From Somniosus microcephalus (lineage: Eukaryota), in assembly GCA_052327205.1 (NCBI GenBank), contig CM126204.1, positions 127,038,001 to 127,102,000 of the forward strand: a stretch of 64,000 bases of DNA, written 5' to 3'. The notes below the pieces were generated by a model. The model was not told the DNA's origin. It did not search any database and worked only from the letters and a program-made list of their open reading frames with translations. Both the position numbers and the translations under genes were made by a program. Below are positions 14,352-24,660 of this stretch, piece by piece; positions within the stretch are counted from its first letter, which is position 1, and the number at the start of each line of letters is the position of its first letter.

Positions 14352-14373
14352 TAAGAGAGCAAAATAGGGAGAA

Positions 14374-15043
14374 TAGGTATTCGTGTTGACCTCTCGGGAC
14401 GAATGCCTACTAAATAATTTAGTTCGAGTTCGGATGAATAATCACTAAGTTGTTTATTAACTGGAACTGACGAAATACAACAGGTAAGCTGGCTTTATAC
14501 AGGAGCAATGCGAGGTAGGTCTTACCCCGACGGGAACTCCACGAGGACTGAGTCCGTAGTCCTCGGGAGAGCGTGATGATGTCATCACGCTTAGTCACGT
14601 TTTCCCGCTCTTCGGATGTCAAGTGACCGCGTCCTGACGCTAGCGCGTTGGCCCGCGCTTGGGGCGGTCACGTGACCCGCGCCGATACGTCGGCGCATTC
14701 ACCCGGTGCGGAGGCTGGCCGTTGAGGCCGAAGTCGCGACCGCGGTAGCAGGAGCTGGAGGCCGAGCTGAGACGGCGCTTGCCGCGGGGGATCGCGTCGC
14801 TCATGTCTGCCAGCCGATGCGGCCGAAGTCGCGGTAGGCCGGGCTGTGCCGGCGGCTGTCGCGCGTACGTCACACAATGCGTGATGTGACGTCAGCGCGC
14901 TAGGGCGCGTCTTAAAGGGGCAACGGCCCCCACAGGTAAGTTAAAGGGGTAATGGCCCAAACAGGTAAGTAATACACGTACAGTTAGGTTAAAGTGAATT
15001 ATATACATTATATGTGTAAGGGACACCCGGTGGAACCACCACA
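14374..15043 (-). repeat. 3' LTR of the non-autonomous element
   Basis: Direct repeat of 24663-25914; CpG-rich; abuts the PPT (minus strand GAATTCTGGGGGGGGCGCA|TG). Confidence 0.9.
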
Positions 15044-15149
15044 TGCGCCCCCCCCAGAATTCGCTTTAACGAAAGTCCAAAGATGAGATGGTCTGACGAG
15101 CAGTTGGTCTCAGTGGGTGTGCTGTCTCGACTTGGCGGGCGAGGTCTGA

Positions 15150-15690
15150 AGATGCTAGTCGTCAGCGGATCCTTACGCACGTCATGGCGAATAAAACGTA
15201 TCCGTCAGGCGAAGGACCGTGGAAACGTGCGAAACAGCAGGCCATGTCAGAGTGACGGGCAGGTCGGGCGGACGCGGGTGATTGCTCTGTTGATGGTAGA
15301 AGTCCTTGTTCTGACGAACTCTGCAGGAACGCCAACCGGGCGATCCAGACGAACTTTACGGGCGAGGTTGGTGAACTCGCCGACAGGTGAGCATAATCGT
15401 TGGGAGCCTGGCACGCACAGAACGGTGCGTACCATAGTGCTACGATGATTGCACAACGGAGAGTGAGCCGTTGCTACACAGAGCAGTGCTCGGTGCGGAC
15501 TGCAACCTTCACGTGGCTGATCGTGGCCGCGGGCTCTCCGTTGGACCCGTCCTCGATGTTTGCTGCGTCAGTAGATGTTTACGTTTGTTAAGGGGGAATG
15601 GGCGGCCGCAGCGAGCGAGTGGCTGAAAAACAGCATCGGCATGTAACGGGCTAGAATGGCAAATGTCGGCCCGCGTCAGGTGCTGTCCAA
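15150..15690 (-). pseudogene. highly decayed RNaseH/integrase relics
   Basis: Minus-strand pieces PMLFFSHSL, RPVGVPAEFV, HGPAVSHV and FIRHDVRKDPL align by eye to [27 protein letters not shown] and FVRRDAHRGPL of the Gypsy at 47605. Confidence 0.65.
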
Positions 15691-15717
15691 GCGTCGGAGT
15701 TGGAGACGGGCAGGCCC

Positions 15718-16094
15718 TTAGTTCCTAGTTCTGATCATTCTGTTGATTCGGTCTTTTCTGTTACCAGCAGCACCAGCCTCAACAAGAGGTATTGTCTTTT
15801 CGTTCATGCCACCACGTGGCGAGGACAGTTTGAAGGGCCACAAGACATCGTTGGCCATGTTGAAGTTCTTGCCGACTGTGTAGATCCCATGGATCAGATC
15901 GCCAATACAAATTATGTCATACTTTCCAAGCTGCGTTGCAATCGAGGCTTTGGCAGTGAAAGCGATGCGCTGGTGTTGGATCTGTCGAAACCACGTTTGT
16001 AAATCAATTCATGGACAGACTTCAGATTTGGATATTCCCATGTAATGTATGGCTCTGCAATACGGAGCATGTTGATTGAAGCTTTATTCATTTT
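15718..16094 (-). pseudogene. RPL7: processed 3' half of ribosomal protein L7 (uL30) inside the LTR element
   Basis: Minus strand reads [34 protein letters not shown] /frameshift/ [59 protein letters not shown]...AGNR /frameshift/ INRMIRTRN*, matching the RPL7 C-terminus with no introns. Confidence 0.92.
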
Positions 16095-16788
16095 TGAATT
16101 TCAGATGCTTCGAAGTGGGAAGGAGCGTTTAGGATGATAGTAGGACTAAAATGTTCACTGGCCTGTGTTGAGCCGCATTTTTTCGAATCCTCATCACTGA
16201 TGGGAGTGACCGAATCGAGTTCTTCATGAGGAAGGCAATTAGAAAAGCCACTGTCCACAGGGTGACGCAACAATTTTACCCCTTTGTAATGATCAATAAC
16301 ATGTCATTCTATAGTGGACACTAGGTGGAGCCGTAGAGCTGTGTAGAGCTGTATATAGCTGTATGTATATAAGACTACACTACCCAGCTGTATGTATATT
16401 AAGACTACATTACCCATGAGGCACTAGGCTACCCACAAGGCAGCAGTCAAGATGGATGCCTCTACAGATACTGTACCTAGTCCACATGTGCTCAATAAAG
16501 TGTCTAGCAAAAGCTAGCTGTGTTCATAATAAGAATGTCTATTTATTAATGAACATAAGATGGTACCAGGATTGGTGAAGATCTGCTGAAAATTGTGAAA
16601 AGCGACATGGAGAATTTGAGGCCACCGGAATTTTTGAATCTCACGGGAAATGTTGACTTCAATTGGCGGACTTTCAAACAACAATTCGAACTCTACATTG
16701 CTGCCATCGGATTCGGTACGAAGCCAGATGCAAGGAAAATAGCGTTGCTGCTCACAGTTGCAGGCCCACAGGCGATAGAGGTATTTAA

Positions 16789-18184
16789 TGAGACAGTAAT
16801 GTAACTGTGGCTTAACCAATGGTGGACAGTACTGTAACTATGGACTAACCAATGGTGGACACAGTGCTGTAGCTGAGGCCTAACCAATGGTGGACACAGT
16901 ACTGTAACTGTGGACTAACCAATGGTGGACACAGGACTTTAACTGTGGAAACCAATGGTGGACACAGTACTGTAACTGTGGACTAAGCAATGATGGACAC
17001 AGTACTGTAACTGTGGACTAACAAATTGTGGACGTGGTACTGTGGACTAACCAATGGTGGACACAGTAGTGTAACTGTGGACTAACCAAAAGTGGACACA
17101 TTACTGTAACTGTGGAGTAATCAATGGTGGACACAGAACTGCAAATGCGGACTAACCAATGGTGGACACATTACTGTAACTGTGGACTAACCAATGAAGG
17201 ACACAGTATTGTAACTGTGGACTAACCAATGGTGGACACAGTACTGTAACTGTGGACTAACCAATGGTGGACACAGTACTGTAACTGTGGCCTAACCAAT
17301 GGTGGACACAGTATTGTAACTGTGAACCAACCAATGGTGGACATGGAACTGTAACTGTGGACTAACCAATGAAGCAGACACTACTGTAACTGTGGACTAA
17401 CCAATGGAGGACACAGTACTGTAACTGTGGCCTAACCAATGGTGGACACAGTATTGTAACTGTGAACCAACCAATGGTGGACACAGTTCTGTAACTGTGG
17501 ACTAACCAATGAAGCAGACACTACTGTAACTGTGGACTAACCAATGGAGGACACAGTACTGTAACTGTGGACTAACCAATGGAGGACACAGTACTGTAAC
17601 TGTGGACTAACCAATGGTGGACACAATACTGCAACTGTGGACTAATCAATGGAGGACACAGTACTGTAAATGTGGAGTAACCAATGGTGGACACAGTACT
17701 GTAACTGAGGACTAACCAATGGTTGACGTGGTACTGTAACTGTTGACTAACCAATGGTGGACTTGGTACTGTAACTGTGGCTTAACCAATGGTGGACACA
17801 GTATTGTAACTGTGGAGAAACCAATGGTGGACGTGGAACTGTAACTGTGGACTAACCAATGGTGGACTTGGTACTGTAACTGTGGACTAACCAATGGTAG
17901 ACGTGGTACTGTAACTGTGGACTAACCAATGAAGGACACAGTACTGTAACTGTGGACTAATCAATGGTGGACACAGTAGTGTAACTGTGGCCTAACTAAT
18001 GTTGGACACAGTATTGTAACTGTGGACTAATCAATAGTGGACATCGTACTGTAGCTGTGGCCTAACCAATGGTGGATATGGTAGTGTAACTGTGGACAAA
18101 CCAATGGTAGACACAGTATTGTAACTGTGGGCTAACCAATGGTGGATGTGGTACTGAAACTGTGGACTCACAAATGGTGGACAC
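16789..18184 (+). repeat. 35-bp minisatellite, about 40 units
   Basis: Unit ACACAGTACTGTAACTGTGGACTAACCAATGGTGG repeated with point variants. Confidence 0.95.
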
Positions 18185-18427
18185 TGTAATGATCAGTAAC
18201 CTGTCATTCTGGAATGGTACACTCGGCGGTGCTGTTTGTATATAAGAGTGAGCTACCCAGAAGGCAGCAGTCAAGATGGATGCCTCTACAGATACTGTAC
18301 CTAGTCCACATGTGCTCAATAAAGTGTCTAGCAAAAGCTAGCTGTTCTTAATAAAAACGACTAGTTATTAATGAACATAACATGGTACCAGGATTGGTAA
18401 GATCTGCTGAATATTGTGCAACTAGAC

Positions 18428-21400
18428 ATGGAGAATTTGAAGCCACCAGAGCATTTGAAACTCACAGGAAATATCGACTACAATTGGCAGACTGTTAAAC
18501 AACAATTCGAACTCTACATTGCAGCCATCGGATTCGGTACGAAGCCAGACGCAAGGAAGATGGCGTTGCTGCTTATGGTTGCAGGCCTACAGGCGATAGA
18601 GGTATTTAATACATTTGTATTTAATCCAGAGGAGAACAGAGAAAAATTAGAAGATGTGCTAAAAAAATTTGATGCACATTGCTCTCCCAAAAAGAATGAG
18701 ACCTATGAAAGATACATCTTCCGTTCTCGGACACAGCAGCAAAATGAGACTTTTGATAGCTTTATAACTGATCTGAAACTGAAAGCACAGACATGTAATT
18801 TCTCTGAGCTCAAAGCATCCATGATTTGTGACCAGATTGTGTTTGGTATTCATGATAAAAAAGTCAGGGAACGTCTGTTGAGAGAAACCGAACTAAATTT
18901 GGAAAATGCTGTGAAAATATGCCAAGCCAGCGAGCTAGCTCGAAAGCACGCGAAGACTTTCAGTGAAATCAATAATGATGCAATTGTAATGAGTGATAAT
19001 GCTGCTGTCGGTGCTGTGTCCTACAAGGGGAAGAAACGTGGGCAGAACAGAAATGAAAAGCAATCGGAGGATGAAATTTTTAATTGTAAACGCTGTAGTT
19101 ACAAACACCAGTTAAGACAATGCCCAGCGTTTGGAAAAATGTGCACAAAGTGTAATGGAAAGAATCACTTTGCCAAACAATGCTTTTCAAAAGTAAAAAC
19201 TAAGGGCAACGAGTTAATGTAATTGAGGACACTGATTTAAGTGAAACATTTTTTGTAGGAATGGTGTCACGTGACAATATCAAAAAGGATACAGAAAATG
19301 TGCAGCCCTCAGAAATGGACAATGCTGAACATAAAGTTAATGCAGTAAAAGAGGACAAATGGATGATCCCACTGCAGGTAAATGGAGCATTAGTTACCTT
19401 GAAACTAGACACTGGGGCAAAAGCAAACTTAATCAGTATGAATGACATTAACAATATGAAAGAAAAGCCCAAAATACAGAAAAAGTCAGTACGACTGAAG
19501 GACTATAATGGACAGAAAATAGATAGCTTAGGTGTATGCAGACTTAAAGTGACAGTCAAAGACAAAGTGCATCATCTCATGTTTTCTGTTGTGGCTGAAA
19601 GACTTGATTCACTACTGGGTGACAAAGCTTGTGAGGACTTAGAACTGGTCAAGAGAGTCTACCATATAAACTGTGCCATAAGCAGACCAGATGACTCGGT
19701 GGATTCTGTAGTGAATAATTTCCAGGATGTGTTCAAAGGATTTGGAGTTCTACCATTCACTTACAAGATCCAGCTAAAGGAGGATGCTCAGCCAGTGGTA
19801 CATGCTCCACGAAGAGTTCCAGCACCCCTGCGTGACCAGCTCAAGAATGAACTGGACAGAATGACCACACTAGAAGTCATCAGGAAAGTCAAAGAGCCAA
19901 CAGACTGGGTTAACTCCATGGTATGTGTAAAGAAAAAGAACAATGATCTAAGAATATGCATGGATCCAAAGGACTTAAATGCAAACGTAAAACATGAACA
20001 CTACCAGATTCCCAAGCGAGAAGAAATCACCAGTGAAATGTCAGGTGCCAGATACTTTGCAAAGCTCGATGCCTCACAAGGATTTTGGCCACTAAAACTG
20101 GATGAAGAGAGCACCAAATACCGTACCTTCAACACACCATTTGGCAGGTATTGTTTCCTCAGAATGCCTTTCGGGATAATATCTGCATCTGAAATCTTTC
20201 ATAGAGCGATGGAACACATAATTGAAGGTCTGGAAGGAGTTCGGGTCTATGTTGATGACATCATCATCTGGGGCTCCACACTGAAAGAACACAATGAGAG
20301 ACTGACTAAAGTGCTACAGAGCATACGCCGGAATGGACTGAAGCTCAACAAAGCCAAGTGTCAGTTTGGCGTCCAGGAAGTCACTTTCCTAGGAGATAAT
20401 CTATCTGGTAAAGGAATAGAGCCAGATATGGAAAAAGTAAACGCCATACTCAAAATGCCCCGACCCACTGACAAAAAAGGAGTGCTACGCATCATGGGGA
20501 TGATAAACTTCATTGGAAAGTTCATCCCTAACTTGTCAGCTAAGACAGCCTGTCTGCAAGACCTGCTACATAAAACAAATGAGTTCACATGGACAGACAG
20601 ACATGAACAAGAGTGGATAAACCTCAAAACAGTGCTGACAACCACACCTGTACTCACCTTCTTTGACCCAACAAAAAGAATCAAAGTGTCAACGGATGCA
20701 TCAAAAGATGGCCTAGGTGCGGTCTAGCTACAAGCAGAGGGTGAAGATTGGAAGCCTGTTGCCTATGCCTCCAGGTCTATGACTGATACTGAGTGTTGAT
20801 ACACCCAGATTGAAAAGGAATGTCTAGGCTTGGTAGTTGGACTAGAAAAGTTTCATGGCTACATATATGGACTTCCCACCTTCACAGTTGAGACAGACCA
20901 CAGCCCTCTGGTTGCCATCATAAAAAAAAACCTGAATGAGATGTCTCCAAGGATTCAACGACTCATGATGAAGCTGCAAAGATATGACTTTGAACTGATC
21001 TACACACCAGGCAACTACATAGTGTTAGCAGATACACTATCCCGAGTACCCACAATGAGTCATGTGAGCTCTACTGAAGAAGATGTGGATGTTCATGTGA
21101 GTATGGTCACTGCTGCGCTGCCCGTGTCAGACACAAAATCAAAGCAAATAGCAGAAGAAACAGTAAAAGATACAGTATTACAAACAGTAATAGAGAACAT
21201 TCATCATGGTTGGCCAAAAGGTTCCTGTCCAAAATATTTTCACATAAGGTCAGAATTGAGTGTCGCAAGTGGACTATTACTAAAACAGAACAGAATAGTC
21301 ATTCCACAGGCTCGACGTCAAGACATGCTCAAAAGGATTCATGAGGGACACCTCGGAATTGAAAAATGCAAAAGGAGGGCAAGAGACACTGTTTATTGGC

Positions 21401-22362
21401 CTGGCATAAATAAGGACATTGAGAGCATGATAGGCAAATGTGAGACATGTCAGAAATACCAAAACAAACAAGCAAAGGAACCAATGATGGTAGCTGACAT
21501 ACCAACAGCACCATGGCAAAAGGTTGGTATGGACCTTTTTCATTTAAATGGTAAAGACTATCTAATAGTGATTGACTACTATTCTAACTATCCTGAGATG
21601 GCGCTGCTCTCAAGCACCACAGCAAGCAGTGTCATAATGCATGTGAAATCCATCTTCGCCAGACATGGAATTCCCAGGATTGCCGTTAGCGACAATGGTC
21701 CGTGCTTCAACTGTAAGGAGTGGCAACAGTTTGCAGCACATTATGACTTTCAGCACATCACATCCAGTCCTTTGTATGCTCAGTCAAATGGTAAGGCAGA
21801 GAAAGGTGTTCAAGTTCTCAAGCAGCTACTGAAGAAAGCGACAGAAAGCAAGTCTGATCCTTATCTCGCCCCGCTGAGCTACCAAGCCTCATCTTTAGAC
21901 TGTGGTTCTTCACCTGCTGAACTACTAATGGGTCGCAAGTTGTGCACCACGCTACCCTGCTGTGCAAAAGAACAGCAAAGTGAGGAACTGAGACAGAGAC
22001 TTCAACTGTTAAAGCTGAAACAGAAATCATACTATGACAAGTCATCCAAAACTCTAAAACCATTGACAAGGGATGATGTTGTCAGGATTGAGGATCCAGA
22101 TGCATGGAACAGGAAAGCTACAGTTCTTGAGGAAGTAGGACCAAGGTCATACACTGTTAGAACTGAGGAAGGACAGATTCTCAGGAGGAACCGCCGTTCC
22201 CTCCTAAAAACACAAGAGACTATTCAAGAGCAGATTGATGACAATGCTGCAACTGCATCTTGTCATTCACCGCCAGAACAATCTCATGAAGACACATCAG
22301 ACTTACCCGTGTTGAGAAGATCCACACGTGAAGTAAAAGAGCCTGATAGACTTAATCTTTGA
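18428..22362 (+). pseudogene. Gypsy gag-pol (gag, CCHC knuckle, PR, RT, RNaseH, IN), disrupted
   Basis: CTKCNGKNHFAKQC, KLDTGA, YVDD, STDAS, HEGH..CETC, SDNGP, NGKAE; frameshift near 19205 and stops near 20725 and 20797. Confidence 0.93.
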
Positions 22363-23154
22363 GTACAATGTAAAGCTTTGAAAATGTGTTGACTGTTTTG
22401 AAAATGTTTATGTTTATAGAGCAATAACAAAAGTGTTACTGATATTATCTTTATTGTTTTCTTGAAAGTTGATTGATATTGATTTTGTTAAACCTCAAAG
22501 AAAGGGGGATGTAATGATCAATAACTTGTCATTCTATAGTGGACACTAGGTGGAGCCGTAGAGCTGTGTAGAGCTGTATATAGCTGTATGTATATAAGAG
22601 TACACTACCCAGCTGTATGTATATTAAGACTACATTACCCATGAGGCACTAGGCTACCCACAAGGCAGCAGTCAAGATGGATGCCTCTACAGAGATTGAG
22701 CAAGGGGGTGTGCATCCTGAGCACCGTCTCTGAATCTTGCCCTACTTGTCTGTTGAGGACTGGGCAATCAATCACACGCATGTCAAAGGCAGATCCTAAA
22801 TGGATGGTTTGTGAGTCTCATTGGCTGTAGCGATGGTGTAAGGAGGCTGAGCTGCGGATTCATCGCAATATTTCCCAAACAAGCCAACCGGAAGGATTCA
22901 CTGAGCGAGACTGCTACGTAGACGCTCTTTTGGGCAATTAACGTTCCGAGTCTGTCTTCCGAAGAAAATGGTCACCGTCATTGCATTAAGTCTCTGAGAG
23001 GCTTCCGGGAACGCCATTTTAAACAGTAGAGCGGACAGAAGTCATCGGTGATGTCTCATCTCAACATTACGTTCAAATCTGTGCCTTGCGGTGCTAAAGG
23101 AACTGGAAGTTAACTAAGCGGACGAGGAAACATTTGTTATTTATTGTCAATTGA

Positions 23155-23424
23155 CGTGCAGCTGTGCCCCCTAGCCCTGGTAGGCAGGTTACTGCTGGAC
23201 TTGGCACGGACCATGCCACTCTTTGAATGAGCACGAGTCTTGTGTGGTTTACCACCAGGAGTGACAGTGCTGTTCTTAGCTTTGTAGACGTAGGCACCTC
23301 TCGTGCCCAGGTAAAGGTCCGTTTCAGCGTGGCAAGAAACCCCCTCAATCTGCAGGAGAGCAGTGTGCTCTCTTTGGTTGCGAAAGCCTCGTTTATAGCC
23401 AGTAAACGCAGTTTTGCAGAACAT
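23155..23424 (-). pseudogene. RPL35A: processed ribosomal protein L35a (eL33) inside the LTR element
   Basis: [77 protein letters not shown]; intronless, with an 8-codon deletion between the two TR motifs; AATAAA just downstream. Confidence 0.93.
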
Positions 23425-23749
23425 ATGGATATTACAAGTCCTGATATCAGTAATGAAACAGTAGAAGGAATAGTAACCTGCTTTCGGTAGGTTTTCTTTC
23501 ACTGTTCCTGTAGGAAGGCTATTCGCTCGGCTCTTGTCAGGTCGTTAAAATCAGAGTGCAGGCTTTCGACCTTCTGTAGCTTAAAACCTGTTTCTAGCAC
23601 GTGCTCTATGGAGAGGAATCGCTTCCGGACCCTTGTGCTGATGGACCAGAGAAAGGGTGGGACAGACCGGGTCGTTGTCGCGGTCGGTGGGGGGAAACTG
23701 CCGGAAGGGCGGCAACGCTGCTTGTCGTTTCTGTTGACTTAGTGAAACT

Positions 23750-24290
23750 ACTGCCGAGAAGGCGGCACGCTTCTCTTACTCGCCGGCAAGTATGATAGGT
23801 AACAAAACCAGCAGGCCGACGGGCTGGTGCGTCGTCGGCGGGGAACGAGTCTTCGTGTTGCATGAGGGGTGGAGCCTCGTGGCTTGCGAGGGATGGGTCC
23901 TCGAGGTTTGCGAGGGGTGGGTCCTTGTGGTTTGCGAGGGATGGGTCCTTGCGTTTCAAGAGGAGCGAGTCCTCGTGTTTGGGGAGGAGCGAGTCCTCGT
24001 GGTTCGCGGGGGTGAGTCCTCATGGTATCCCCGCCAGGCGTGCTCCGATCTTGTGGGCCCGAACATGCTGTACCCCGCGCTTGGAGAGATTTATACTTGC
24101 TGTTGCGTTGGACGTATGGGCGGACGACCCGCATGGCGGTAGAAAAGTCAAACACGGGGGCAGTAAGCAAATGCGTGGTCTGCTCCGCGTCGATGGTCCC
24201 AGCGAACTGGGCTTCTACCTTGCCAAAGCACGAGGGTGGTTGTTTCTCCCTGAAGTGCGGCGGCAACAGCAAAACGGCTGGTGCTTCCAT
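23750..24290 (-). pseudogene. decayed gag of the non-autonomous element
   Basis: MEAPAVLLLPPHFREKQPPSCFGKVEAQF...STAMRV...KYKSL resembles AVSLKLPTFWEHQAPAWFAHTEAQF...STAAEI...KYSTI of gag 47924-48790. Confidence 0.75.
23840..24025. repeat. 24-bp tandem repeat, about 7-8 units
   Basis: Unit GTCCTCGTGGTTTGCGAGGGATGG; gives 8-aa repeats (RKPQGPTP) in the gag-relic frame. Confidence 0.85.
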
Positions 24291-24660
24291 GGTGTGCTTC
24301 TTTTGCGAAAAACGTTCGCAAAATCGAGGTCCGGTTGTTTTTTTTTGTCCGTGAAAAATGTGATCACCTCCAGGCTGTGCTGCCCTTGCGAATACGTTCA
24401 CGAAAATGGGGTCGCCAGGTTCAGGCTGTGTGCTTCCTCCGTGAAAACCGTCCACGGAGTCGGTTGTTCGTCGGTTGTTCGTCGGTCGTCGTCTATGAAG
24501 ACGAGGTTCAGGATGCGCGTTTCTTCCGTGAAAAACGTTCACGGATACGGGGTCACCAATTGTAGTGTAGGAATTGATGAGCACCCGTACTCACATCGTT
24601 GGAGGTGTTGTTGGCTGCGCTTCGGCCGTGAAAAACGTTCACAGTCTCGGGGTCACCAAT
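24291..24660 (-). promoter_or_regulatory. leader with duplicated PBS and repeated stem-loops
   Basis: CTACAATTGGTGACCCCG occurs twice (about 24548-24565 and 24648-24665); five hairpins of type CCGTGAA-CGTTT-TTCACGG. Confidence 0.75.

Larger units (their letters stand above)
16285..22693 (+). mobile_element. Gypsy LTR retrotransposon with three LTRs, nested in the non-autonomous element
   Basis: LTR-A 16285-16560, PBS TGGTACCAGGA (tRNA-Leu-type), gag stub, minisatellite, LTR-B 18185-18382 plus second PBS, gag-pol, PPT AAAGAAAGGGGGA, LTR-C 22510-22693 (truncated). Confidence 0.92.

Noticed and set aside
14360-14373. TSD of the non-autonomous LTR element
   Set aside because: The left flank (GGGAGAA) does not match the right flank (CATAC) and the terminal dinucleotide is missing; the end is probably eroded.
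16789-18184. CRISPR-like regular array
   Set aside because: Units are contiguous with no unique spacers, there are no cas genes, and the context is eukaryotic; it is a minisatellite.
19190-19260. Programmed gag-pol frameshift
   Set aside because: The paralog at 59497-60459 reads through this junction in one frame, so this is probably a copy-specific indel.
22950-23020. Faint resemblance to the RPS6 N-terminus (FP..QRL..)
   Set aside because: Too short and too diverged to support by eye.
23137-23502. Functional RPL35A gene
   Set aside because: Many substitutions at conserved residues, an internal deletion, missing termini, no introns, and located inside an LTR element.
23440-23560. Faint resemblance to COX4 (ERIA.YR) or RPS11 (YRKQ.TI)
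   Set aside because: Requires frameshifts, and the competing assignments are equally weak.
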